From a bacterium (GTDB lineage Bacteria > Patescibacteriota > Microgenomatia > Levybacterales > UBA12049), in the NCBI GenBank assembly GCA_021780675.1, contig JAJXYH010000004.1, positions 5,668 through 69,667 on the forward strand: a DNA stretch of 64,000 nucleotides, given 5' to 3'. The position numbers and the translations under genes were made by a program. The notes under the pieces were generated by a model. That model was not told where the DNA came from and made no database searches. It was given only the letters and a program-made list of their open reading frames with translations. Positions 40,480-49,992 of the stretch are shown here, one piece after another (the stretch's first letter is position 1; the number at the start of each line of letters is the position of its first letter).

Positions 40480-41814
40480 TTAGTCTACGAATTTAAAACC
40501 ACGCCCTTTAACAGTTAAAATATGAATTGGGCTGTTAGGGTTATTTTCAATTTTTTTTCTCAACCTAAAAATTAATTGATCTAAAGCCTGGTCGGTTACA
40601 CCCAACGTGGTTTTTTGGTTTCCCCAAACAGCGTTAATGATGTCTTCTTTTTCTAAAATCTTTTCTTTCTGAGAGATTAAAAATTTTAATAACTTAAATT
40701 CGGAAGAAGTTAAATTATCGGAAATTACACCTTCGCCCAGTTTAATTTCATTAGTGTTTTCATCAACAGTTAATTTAAGACCGGTTTTTACAGTTTGGGA
40801 TTTAATAATTGCGTTTTTAATAAATTCTCCAAATAGCGGAATTGTTACTTTTCCACCGGAAACAAGGAAGATTTTTTCTAAAAAAGGTTGTTGTTCTTTG
40901 TTGTCGATAAAATATTGCTGCTCTGAAGGGTTTAAACTGTTCCAGATAGAGAAAAGCGAGCTTCTTACCGGGCGCTGTGAAAGCAAATAAGTTATTAATT
41001 GGTTGTTTTCGGAAATTAATTTTTTTTCGGCGGTAAGTGCCGATTCAAGCGAAAGAATGGTTAGTCTTCCGTGTCCTGCAGTTAATTTTGATATTTCATC
41101 AAGCATTTTTTTATCGACTTTTTTATTGATTATTTTTTCAAGATATGAAATTCTAAAATCAAGACCCGGCTTGTCTAAGATGGGCAAATAGATAATTTTT
41201 TCCGCCAAATATTCAAAAAAATCGGCAAAAAGCATTGGTTCAGTTACATCTTCGAGGGGTTTATTTAAAGAAAATACAGCAGAAAAATAATATTTTGCCC
41301 TGTTTCTTAAAACTCTAAGGTTGGCAAAAAATTCGTTTGTGAGCATCGGAATATATTCTTCGAATCTATCAAAAAGGAGAATCAGTTTTAAATTTCTTTC
41401 AACACATAAATAGTCAATTGTTTTTTTAAGGCCTGCAAAAAGCACCATTTCATCGTTGAACCCGATACTCTCTTTAAAATAGTTATTAATTACTTCGTAC
41501 TCTTTTTTTAAACCTCTTTCGCGCAAGGAATCTAAAATTCCCAAGAAGATAAATTTATTTGCATCAAATAACGGTCTTTTTCTAATTTCGGAAAAGTTTA
41601 AAAGGACAAAATGAAAATTTTTCTGATTTTCCCCAAGATGAATAAGTCTTACTTTTTTATTGTAAGAAAGGAGCCCCAAAAGATTAGATCTGCCAACACC
41701 CGGAATAGATACGACTTGACAGGAATTGCCCTCTTTTATAAATTTGAGAATTTTTTCAATTTCTTCAAATCTTGAATTTTGCGGGTATAAACTTTCGAAA
41801 TGTTCTGTTTCCAT
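40480..41814 (-). CDS. Degenerate AAA-like domain plus OmpR-type winged-helix regulator
   Basis: PGVGRSN, LLFDRFE, ALDQLIFRLRKKIE.NP.SP.HILTVKGRGF; start taken at METEH. Confidence 0.8.
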   Translation of the reverse strand: METEHFESLYPQNSRFEEIEKILKFIKEGNSCQVVSIPGVGRSNLLGLLSYNKKVRLIHLGENQKNFHFVLLNFSEIRKRPLFDANKFIFLGILDSLRERGLKKEYEVINNYFKESIGFNDEMVLFAGLKKTIDYLCVERNLKLILLFDRFEEYIPMLTNEFFANLRVLRNRAKYYFSAVFSLNKPLEDVTEPMLFADFFEYLAEKIIYLPILDKPGLDFRISYLEKIINKKVDKKMLDEISKLTAGHGRLTILSLESALTAEKKLISENNQLITYLLSQRPVRSSLFSIWNSLNPSEQQYFIDNKEQQPFLEKIFLVSGGKVTIPLFGEFIKNAIIKSQTVKTGLKLTVDENTNEIKLGEGVISDNLTSSEFKLLKFLISQKEKILEKEDIINAVWGNQKTTLGVTDQALDQLIFRLRKKIENNPNSPIHILTVKGRGFKFVD

Positions 41815-41954
41815 AAAGATATTGTAATTTTTTTGTAATACAAATATCAAGCTAAAAAATTCCCGCGGATTTAAAATTTTGGCATATGAAAGAACGCGGA
41901 GATGAATTGACAAACCAGGCTAATTCCTTTAGTCTTGAAGGAAGAGGAGGTATT

Positions 41955-44282
41955 ATGCCGGACGGAGGAACACCAGAACAACCAGAGCCAAATTTAAGTC
42001 CAGAAATAAGCGGAGATGCGTTAGCGTCGTCAAATAATTCTGTTGCAAGACTTGAAGAGTTAGCGGGAGAAGGCTCCGGAGAGAGAATTAGAGAAGAGCA
42101 AAAAAAATCCCAAAGAAAATTTTTGGAAAGTCAAGAATCCGATAGGCTGCCAAGATCATTTGAAGACTTGGTCGGGAAAATAATGAATTCGGCAGAAGCG
42201 CAGTGGAAAGAAGATGGAGATCAGGCATTAATAGATAAAGAGGGAAATATTAATAAAGAAAATTTTTTAGCCTGGGTAAGAGATAGGATGATGTGGCTTC
42301 ATGATTTTAATTCGGTTACTGAGACCAGCTTTTTTTCCGACGTTAACATAACTGTTGGTTATGCCAAAATTACCCTTTACGATATGATTTTTACCGGTAA
42401 ATACTTTTTACACGAAGTAAAGGGTAATGATGGAAATATTTCTTACCATAAAAGTGATGATCTTGAAAAACTTAAAGATCAGCTTATAAACGAAGCATTT
42501 CTTTTTGGAAATTCCAGAAATAATGATGTTAAGTATAAGTCGATGATGCCTAATGAAGCAGAACTTCCAAAACTCTTGCAACAAATATATTTTGCTAACC
42601 CGTTTTTAAGAGGCAGCAACTTTCAGGATATTTTAACACTTAATTCTGTTGATAAAAATAGAATTCAACAGCTAAGAGATGAATCCGGCAATGTTGCAGA
42701 GTTTGATAAAAACAGGATTAAAAATCTGGTTGAAAAAGATTCAAGTGTTGGAGAAGGGGTAAGAAGAGCACTCCTTGCCTATTACCACATACGTGATATT
42801 GAGATGCTTAAAAAAATATTTGAGGTGGAGGAAGGTAAAAAAATTCAGAATTTAGCTCTTTTTATGGAAGGATACGATGATTATGATTCAAAAACTTTAA
42901 GACTTGCAGTTGATGAAAATGGCGCAAATAAACCTAAGAAAAAGGGTGAAGCAAATCAGGATTTAAAAGACACAGAAGCAGCGGAAAATATCCCCGATGG
43001 GGAAAAAACTTCAGTTGAATACGATAGCGATGGGAAAGTTAAGTTAGATACTAAAGCCCAAATCAAACGATTTACGGATTATATGAATCCATTTAATTTG
43101 GCCAGAAAAGAGGAAAGACAAGAAGGTGAAATTCGGGAAAGAATTAGGCAATCAATAATGCAGGTAACAGGACTTACTTATTCGGAAGCAAAATATGCAG
43201 AGTCATGGGCGTATTCAATGGCCAGATGGACGGGAATTGGCGCAAGAAACGATACGGGAGCCGCTGCATTTGATGCATGGAGTAAACCGCAAAATTTACT
43301 TCCATACAGACTTAAGCAGCTGGAAGATAAAAGACTGGGTGTATTTGGGAATAAGTTTAATCTGGCAGGAATTAAAAGAGCAGGACTTACGATGTTTGAG
43401 GGGATTTCCGATATCCATGGCAGAAATATTATAGAGGCAATTCAGGGAGGACAAGGAATGGAATTTAACGCAGATAATCCGTTTAAAACCACAGATGCAA
43501 AAACAAATCTTGCTTTTGGAAAAGATACAGGAAGCTTTTTTGTTAGTAATCATGTGATGAACTCATTTAAGATCTACGATTTTATAATTAACCATACAGA
43601 CTTTAATATCGAAGATATGATTACATATGATACTTTTGGAAGGCCGATAATCGACCATGAAAAAGCGGATAAAATAATTGATGGTATTCAAAAGGCTATC
43701 AGGTACGCGTATTGCACATGGGATGGGATAAACTACAACAAATCTATAAGAGTTATGGAAAAAGATGTGGATGGAAACGATGAAATAAAAGAAATGCCAC
43801 TTATTGCAGCGATGTTTGGACCCGATATTTTAAAAATGATCCAAAACGATATTAGTGAGAGGGAAGCAAGGCTTAAGCCAGGAGAGTCTTTAACACGGGG
43901 CGTAAGAACTAATATTTGGACAATTGCTCCTGATCACGATAATTTCCAGATGGATATGGAAAAAGTACAATCGAAAGCTGTTAGGGAAGTGCTTTGGAAA
44001 AGTATATTACAGTACTTAATCGCAGAAGAAGTACATTCACATAGAAGCAGGGCCAGTGAAGAAACAAGGTATGGCTATGATATGGTAGAAAAGGTGTACG
44101 ACTTCTTAAGAAGAAAAGGCATTGCCGATAAAGCGGAAATTGATGAGATGCGAAAACTTAGTAATTCTACTCTTAGGGTATTAAATATAGAAGATTTTGT
44201 AATGGAGGCAGGTAAAGGAACACTTAAAGGTTTTTGGAGTATGATGAGAATAATAATGAGCGGTCTTATGACAGGGAAGTAA
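41955..44282 (+). CDS. Large hypothetical protein
   Basis: Long ORF; GAGGAGG RBS before MPDGG (the ORF track starts at 41886). Confidence 0.75.
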   Translation: MPDGGTPEQPEPNLSPEISGDALASSNNSVARLEELAGEGSGERIREEQKKSQRKFLESQESDRLPRSFEDLVGKIMNSAEAQWKEDGDQALIDKEGNINKENFLAWVRDRMMWLHDFNSVTETSFFSDVNITVGYAKITLYDMIFTGKYFLHEVKGNDGNISYHKSDDLEKLKDQLINEAFLFGNSRNNDVKYKSMMPNEAELPKLLQQIYFANPFLRGSNFQDILTLNSVDKNRIQQLRDESGNVAEFDKNRIKNLVEKDSSVGEGVRRALLAYYHIRDIEMLKKIFEVEEGKKIQNLALFMEGYDDYDSKTLRLAVDENGANKPKKKGEANQDLKDTEAAENIPDGEKTSVEYDSDGKVKLDTKAQIKRFTDYMNPFNLARKEERQEGEIRERIRQSIMQVTGLTYSEAKYAESWAYSMARWTGIGARNDTGAAAFDAWSKPQNLLPYRLKQLEDKRLGVFGNKFNLAGIKRAGLTMFEGISDIHGRNIIEAIQGGQGMEFNADNPFKTTDAKTNLAFGKDTGSFFVSNHVMNSFKIYDFIINHTDFNIEDMITYDTFGRPIIDHEKADKIIDGIQKAIRYAYCTWDGINYNKSIRVMEKDVDGNDEIKEMPLIAAMFGPDILKMIQNDISEREARLKPGESLTRGVRTNIWTIAPDHDNFQMDMEKVQSKAVREVLWKSILQYLIAEEVHSHRSRASEETRYGYDMVEKVYDFLRRKGIADKAEIDEMRKLSNSTLRVLNIEDFVMEAGKGTLKGFWSMMRIIMSGLMTGK

Positions 44283-44286
44283 TTAT

Positions 44287-46071
44287 TTAAGATCTAATTA
44301 TCGGTTTTCCATTTCGATCAACTAGCCCCGTCCCGCCCGTGTCTGTTCCCCCTGTAATATTAGATTCATTAGGTTTTTTTCCAGTAATTTCTTCATGCAC
44401 CGCTTTTAATTGGTCATGTCTGCCGGAAGCTGTTGCGACTTCTTGCGAGGACGGAGTTCTGGCTACAAAACCGGTTGCTCTTTGCAGTGCATTCCTTTGG
44501 ACTGTTTTAGATGACTCATTATAGTTTCCGGCTGTATATCTTTGTAGCCTGCTTCCAACAAAACCTCTCATTTGATTTGTTCTTGGATCTCTATAGTACA
44601 TTCTGGATGCAACACCCCCGGCAAATCCTGCAACAGCTGCTTGTCCTGTGCCAACGCCGCCCATACTAAGCCCACTACCTCCTGCGCCAAAGGTTTTTCT
44701 AACCTTTTCGACAATGCTGGGTGATGCGAGAATAAAACCAACTGCAATTAAAGCTCCATACATTGTCTGATTCCCTCCACCTGTTACATTTCCAATTATG
44801 GGGGGGTTAAACATTGTACCGGCATTTGACTGCGACAGCGCGTCCATGATAGTTCTTGCGACAATAAATACAAATAAGGTTGCAGGAAATGGCGCAAGAT
44901 TCCCGGCCATATTTTTTATCCAGGAGGTAAAACCTAAGCTCCCACTAGCCCCGGGTATAAGACCACCCAGAATCCATAAAGGAGCCAAGATTGTTCCAAG
45001 CAAAACATTGATAAAACATTTAAGAAGCGCAAACCAAAGCCTAAACAGGGCAACAATAACGGCAATTACAAAAATAAGAAATACAATAATCCCGGCAATA
45101 AAACCAATAAGACTTGCAATTAAATGCCAGAAAGCATCCATAATCGTATTAACCCAACAGCCTAAGAAAAAGCATCCCTGACTAGAATTATTATCGGTCA
45201 TTGCTCCAGAAACTTGGTTGGATGCCAGAACATTATGTACTAGGCTTCCAACACTCGAAGCAGCTGAGGCAGAAAGACCTAAAATTCCACCATCTTTTCC
45301 GCCAAACATATCATTAGTAAATCCAATACTTGACTCCGTTGCCCACTTAGATATATCTACGTGTTGTGCATTAGGAGTTAGCGTATCAATTACCAAAAAA
45401 TTAGTAACCCACATGGCATCTATTAAAAGTCCGGCAATTGCATAGGAAAAAGTGATCATTACAAGCCCGATAATAAGTTTTGGAATTTGGTTTTGGATTG
45501 TCATAACAGTTCGGGGGTCAATTCTTAAGCGTAGCATTATTGCAATCCCTACAATTATAAAAATCACCATCATTAGAAGGTATGCAAGATTTCTAAAAAT
45601 TGTAAACAAACCAAGAACAGGTGATAGTCCTACAAAACCAATACTATTGTCCGCTGCATTTGCAGTTTTTACAATACCGAAATTATTTGCAGCATAGGCA
45701 ATATAATCGGAAGTATGTACGGGTATTAAATAAGTTGCGGTAAGTAAATTTCCCATCATGCCTATTGCTCCTCCACCACTTTCTTTAACAAAGCCGATTC
45801 TTCCGGTATTTTTATCTATTCCGAGACATGATTGTTTTGAATTTATAGGATCAATGCCTGTAAGTTGGCAAATCATAGAAGACATGGTTTCAATCATTAC
45901 ATTTTGAGTCCAGGTATGTAAATTGACCGGAACATTAGGATCCATATTGGATGAAAGCGTTTGCTTAAGTTGAGTGGAAGAGCTCTGAGCAAACGACTTG
46001 TGGGGGCTGATAATAAAAACCAATAAAATAAAGGCAAAAAACAAACCTAAGACCTTGGCAGCAAACCTCAT
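44287..46071 (-). CDS. VirB6/TrbL-like polytopic membrane protein
   Basis: FRNLAY, GIAIMLRL.IDPRTV.TIQN.IPK, multiple TMs, Gly-rich tail. Confidence 0.7.
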   Translation of the reverse strand: MRFAAKVLGLFFAFILLVFIISPHKSFAQSSSTQLKQTLSSNMDPNVPVNLHTWTQNVMIETMSSMICQLTGIDPINSKQSCLGIDKNTGRIGFVKESGGGAIGMMGNLLTATYLIPVHTSDYIAYAANNFGIVKTANAADNSIGFVGLSPVLGLFTIFRNLAYLLMMVIFIIVGIAIMLRLRIDPRTVMTIQNQIPKLIIGLVMITFSYAIAGLLIDAMWVTNFLVIDTLTPNAQHVDISKWATESSIGFTNDMFGGKDGGILGLSASAASSVGSLVHNVLASNQVSGAMTDNNSSQGCFFLGCWVNTIMDAFWHLIASLIGFIAGIIVFLIFVIAVIVALFRLWFALLKCFINVLLGTILAPLWILGGLIPGASGSLGFTSWIKNMAGNLAPFPATLFVFIVARTIMDALSQSNAGTMFNPPIIGNVTGGGNQTMYGALIAVGFILASPSIVEKVRKTFGAGGSGLSMGGVGTGQAAVAGFAGGVASRMYYRDPRTNQMRGFVGSRLQRYTAGNYNESSKTVQRNALQRATGFVARTPSSQEVATASGRHDQLKAVHEEITGKKPNESNITGGTDTGGTGLVDRNGKPIIRS

Positions 46072-46305
46072 ATTAATTACAGTTTGTATGATTTTTATTT
46101 GCTTGTCAAGTTTAAGATGAAGAGTAGTATAAATTATTTTATATGCATGCGCGGGATAATTCCTTTCCCAAATAGTATAAGGCAGGATTTAAATACTCTG
46201 TCAAATAGGTTTAAAAAATTATTATATTGCAGAATTTCTGCGGATATTCTGCATAATTTAAGCAACTTATTAAATTTAACAAATAAAAGATAAGGCTTAA
46301 ATTAG

Positions 46306-46392
46306 CGGAGAGGGCGAGATTCGAACTCGCGAAGAGCTTGCACTCTTAGCGGTTTTCAAGACCGCCGCACTAGTCCACTATGCGACCTCTCC
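46306..46392 (-). tRNA. tRNA-Ser(TGA)
   Basis: GGAGAGG/CCTCTCC acceptor, loop CTTGAAA, long variable arm. Confidence 0.95.
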
Positions 46393-46525
46393 AAGTGTAT
46401 CGAGGAGATTAGTACCTGCATGAAATGCATGGTACGACCTCTCCGTAATGCTAATTATAATTTAACTTGATGGTTTATGCCAGTATTTACTTGACTATTA
46501 GTTTCTTATCTACTACATTAAATTT

Positions 46526-47056
46526 ATGCCAAGTAAAAAGGATTCAGCCCCAAAAGAAGAAATTAATGAAGCTCAAGATACTACGCTTCTAGAATGGGAG
46601 TCACCTGGAAGACCATTTAAAAAAAGAACAAAACAATATTATTTAACAGCACTTTTAATTACTCTTCTGGTTGAAACCATTCTATTTTTATTCTCAGAAT
46701 ATTTACTAATGTTTGTGGCGGCCTCGCTTTTGTTTGTAACCTTTGCTCTTGCGAGCGTTCCTCCCAAAACTTTCAAATACCGCATATCTACTCAAGGCAT
46801 TCAAATTGAAGACAGGTTTTTTATTTGGCAGGAGTTTTATGATTTCTATTTTTTAAAACGCGAAGACACGGAAACATTGCATATAAGAACCGAAGCCTTT
46901 TTCCCCGGTGAGTTAGTTTTAACTTTCAATGTGGAAAATAAAGAAAAAATTAAAAAAGCATTGATTGACTATATTCCCTTTAGGGAGTACGTTAAATTAA
47001 CTTTTATGGAAAGGTCAGCCGATTGGCTTGCCAGAAATTTTCCCCTGGAAAGTTAA
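46526..47056 (+). CDS. Two-TM protein with PH-like domain (DUF5673-like)
   Basis: LEW..P.RPFKKR, 2 TMs, ISTQGI. Confidence 0.7.
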   Translation: MPSKKDSAPKEEINEAQDTTLLEWESPGRPFKKRTKQYYLTALLITLLVETILFLFSEYLLMFVAASLLFVTFALASVPPKTFKYRISTQGIQIEDRFFIWQEFYDFYFLKREDTETLHIRTEAFFPGELVLTFNVENKEKIKKALIDYIPFREYVKLTFMERSADWLARNFPLES

Positions 47057-47101
47057 CAATTTGCCCCAAACTATTATATAAAGTAAAATACGAGTATCTT
47101 T

Positions 47102-47174
47102 GTGCCCGTAGTTCAACGGATAGAACACCTGGTTGCGGTCCAGGCGGTTGGAGGTTCGATTCCTCTCGGGCACG
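47102..47174 (+). tRNA. tRNA-Arg(GCG)
   Basis: GTGCCCG/CGGGCAC acceptor, CCTGG-TTGCGGT-CCAGG anticodon arm. Confidence 0.92.
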
Positions 47175-47179
47175 CAAAA

Positions 47180-48901
47180 TCAATTACAATTCCCACCGGA
47201 AACTTTAATATTTTTCAACTGATTATAGAAATTCTGGTAAATATATCCATAATTTTTTATCGTGCAATCGTTCGGGTCATTTTTGTGTAATATAAAGTAG
47301 ACTTGTTTTTCTAAATTTACCCAATTTGCCCGGTCAAAAAAATATAAATAATTAATTAGCGAGTTTGTATCTAAATTTGTACCGATTTTAAACGTGTTTT
47401 TGTCAATTAAATATTTACTAATTAACTTTTTATTCTCGTTATTATTTTTAATTAAAATTAATGAAAAGTCATCCAAATAAATAGGCTTGAAGTCTGAACT
47501 ATTTAAGTAAAATTGAATATTCTTTGAAGATTCATAAGTATAGAACACAAAAATAATATTAACTTTGTATTTTATAAAAATCGGTTTTAATAAGTTGGGG
47601 TTTTGAGTAGCCGGGTAATAAACATTAAGACCGAATTCTTTTGGGTAAGCTTCCGGACGGGCGTCAATAAATACTTTTTCTTTGGGGAACAAAGAGTACG
47701 CCAAATATTGTCCGCTGTCAAAATTATTATAAATTGGTCCATGCAGTTTATTATCCAAATAAAAAGTAATGGAGTTTTTGCCGGGATTATTTGCGCCAAG
47801 GCCTAACATTTGTTGGGAAACGTGTTTAAAAAGAAAAAGAACCAAGCACATACAGATAAAAAATAAGATAAGATTTTCAAAATTAACAATCCTTTTATTG
47901 GATAATGTTTTTTTTGCAAAAATTAACAGATTATTTATAACCAAGCTTAAAATTTTTACCGATGGAATAAAAATTGCATATGCAAAAAAGGCAATGTTCC
48001 GGTTTGCGTAAACCACGCCGAATGTAAAAGTAAAAATCAATAAAAAATCGGATAAAAATAATTTTTTCCGGTAGCGTAAGCCCAACAAAAACATAAAAAT
48101 TCCATAACAAATTGCAGTTAAAAACGGTTGGTAATACATACCGTTTCTAATCATGTAAATTATATTTTGGTTTTCGGCAATTGACACGGAATATCCAAGG
48201 TTAAAACTTAACGGGAATAGTGCGCCATTAATAAAATTTGGGTTTAAAAAAGTAGCTATTATTGATAAGAGAAAAACTTTTGATAAAGTTTTAAATTTTT
48301 GTGAACGGATGGTTTTGCCTGAAAAAAATTCATCAATAGCAAAAATAAAAATTAAAACAAGTCCTAGGACAAAAAAGATATGCAGGTTTACCCATAAGGC
48401 TTCCATTGGGATTAATAGATATATTAGTAAGGTCTTTTTCTCTTTAAATTTATAAAGAATAAGCAAAAACAAAGTGAGTAAAAAATAGCTGAAGATTTCC
48501 GGACGTATTTCGTTTCTCAAGAAGACTAAATTTAAAATTATAAGTGAAGTTAATAATATAGAAATTGGATGGAATCTTTTAATGGAATAAATAATTAAGC
48601 TTAAAAAAGTAAGCAGTGATATTATTTCAATAAAAATAACTAAGCCATTAAACCCCGTAAAGTTTACAATTAAATATAATATGATTTCCGAAAGCCAATG
48701 GGAATTTACATAATGATAATTGGTGTTTGTATAAGAGATTAAATTGGTTTTTATAATCTCGTGTGTTTGTACCATGTACTTACCAAACAAAAGATGTCTT
48801 CCCAGGTCAAGATTAAGCGATGCGGGATGGAAGAAAGCAATAAAAATAAACAGGAAACAAAAAAAATAGGCACAAACTAATAAGATTTTCTTTAATCCCA
48901 T
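47180..48901 (-). CDS. Polytopic membrane protein, GT-C glycosyltransferase-like
   Basis: DLGRHL..G, HWL, RPE.FS, LWVNLH, FIDARPEAYP. Confidence 0.7.
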   Translation of the reverse strand: MGLKKILLVCAYFFCFLFIFIAFFHPASLNLDLGRHLLFGKYMVQTHEIIKTNLISYTNTNYHYVNSHWLSEIILYLIVNFTGFNGLVIFIEIISLLTFLSLIIYSIKRFHPISILLTSLIILNLVFLRNEIRPEIFSYFLLTLFLLILYKFKEKKTLLIYLLIPMEALWVNLHIFFVLGLVLIFIFAIDEFFSGKTIRSQKFKTLSKVFLLSIIATFLNPNFINGALFPLSFNLGYSVSIAENQNIIYMIRNGMYYQPFLTAICYGIFMFLLGLRYRKKLFLSDFLLIFTFTFGVVYANRNIAFFAYAIFIPSVKILSLVINNLLIFAKKTLSNKRIVNFENLILFFICMCLVLFLFKHVSQQMLGLGANNPGKNSITFYLDNKLHGPIYNNFDSGQYLAYSLFPKEKVFIDARPEAYPKEFGLNVYYPATQNPNLLKPIFIKYKVNIIFVFYTYESSKNIQFYLNSSDFKPIYLDDFSLILIKNNNENKKLISKYLIDKNTFKIGTNLDTNSLINYLYFFDRANWVNLEKQVYFILHKNDPNDCTIKNYGYIYQNFYNQLKNIKVSGGNCN

Positions 48902-49000
48902 AAGTTGATAATAGCAAATTTTATTTTAACCGTTTGTCTGTTAAAATATAAAGACCCGGAGGGGTCTTCCTACAAGAGGACTATTCTCCTTGGTAAACCC

Positions 49001-49087
49001 GGAGGGGTCGCATAGTGGACTAGTGCGGCGGTTTCGAAAACCGCTATAGCCGAAAGGTTATCGTGAGTTCGAATCTCACCCTCTCCG
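49001..49087 (+). tRNA. tRNA-Ser(CGA)
   Basis: GCGGT-TTCGAAA-ACCGC anticodon arm, long variable arm. Confidence 0.95.
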
Positions 49088-49193
49088 CACGTCGCAATAA
49101 GACTTTCGCTTTTCACTCCAACATGGTTGGAGCTTAAAATTTTAAGTCTTTTGCCCCTTTTAAAATTATTGCGTAATTTTATAGAATGTTTTT

Positions 49194-49991
49194 ATGGATA
49201 AAATAATTGAAGTTAAAAATCTTATTAAGAAGTTTAAAGATTTTAAAGCGGTAGACGATGTTACTTTTGAAGTTGAAAAAGGAGACATTTTTGCCTTTTT
49301 AGGACCTAATGGTGCAGGTAAAACAACCACCATAAAAATGCTAACCACGCTTTTAAAACCAACAGCAGGAGAAATTTTATTAGATAATATTAATGTAATT
49401 AAACATCCTGAAAACGCAAGAAAAAACTTCGGCATCGTATTTCAAGACCAAAGTTTGGATGATGAATTAACGGCATTAGAAAACATGGAATTCCACGCCG
49501 TTCTTTATGGAGTTGGTAAGAATCTTAGAGAAAAAAGAATTGAAGAACTTTTAAATTACGTTGAACTTTGGGACAGGAGAAAGTCTTTGGTTAAAACATT
49601 TTCCGGTGGGATGAAAAGGCGTTTGGAAATTGCACGCGGACTTTTGCATCATCCCAAAATTCTGTTTTTAGATGAACCGACTTCGGGTTTAGACCCGCAG
49701 ACCAGGAATTATATTTGGGACTATATTGCCAAATTAAACAAAAAAGAGGATATAACGGTGTTTTTTACAACACATTACATTGAAGAGGCGGAAAAATATT
49801 CTAAAACAATTGCCATAATGGATCATGGAAAAATAATTGCCAAGGAGTCCCCGCAGAAGTTAAAAGAGCAGACGAAAACAGACAGTTTGGAAGCAGCATT
49901 TCTGGCATTAACCGGAAATAACATTAGAGATGAAGATGCCAACGGGATAGATCAGCTTAGAAATCATAGAAAAATGTGGAGGGGGCATTAA
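49194..49991 (+). CDS. ABC exporter ATP-binding subunit (DrrA-like)
   Basis: GPNGAGKTT, FSGGMKRRLE, LDEPT. Confidence 0.95.
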   Translation: MDKIIEVKNLIKKFKDFKAVDDVTFEVEKGDIFAFLGPNGAGKTTTIKMLTTLLKPTAGEILLDNINVIKHPENARKNFGIVFQDQSLDDELTALENMEFHAVLYGVGKNLREKRIEELLNYVELWDRRKSLVKTFSGGMKRRLEIARGLLHHPKILFLDEPTSGLDPQTRNYIWDYIAKLNKKEDITVFFTTHYIEEAEKYSKTIAIMDHGKIIAKESPQKLKEQTKTDSLEAAFLALTGNNIRDEDANGIDQLRNHRKMWRGH

Positions 49992-49992
49992 T

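Noticed and set aside
31966-46071. Prophage or complete conjugative element
   Set aside because: No capsid, terminase, integrase, relaxase or flanking att repeats are visible.
47023-47290. Short ORFs 47023-47208 and 47102-47290
   Set aside because: They overlap tRNA-Arg and are shadow ORFs.
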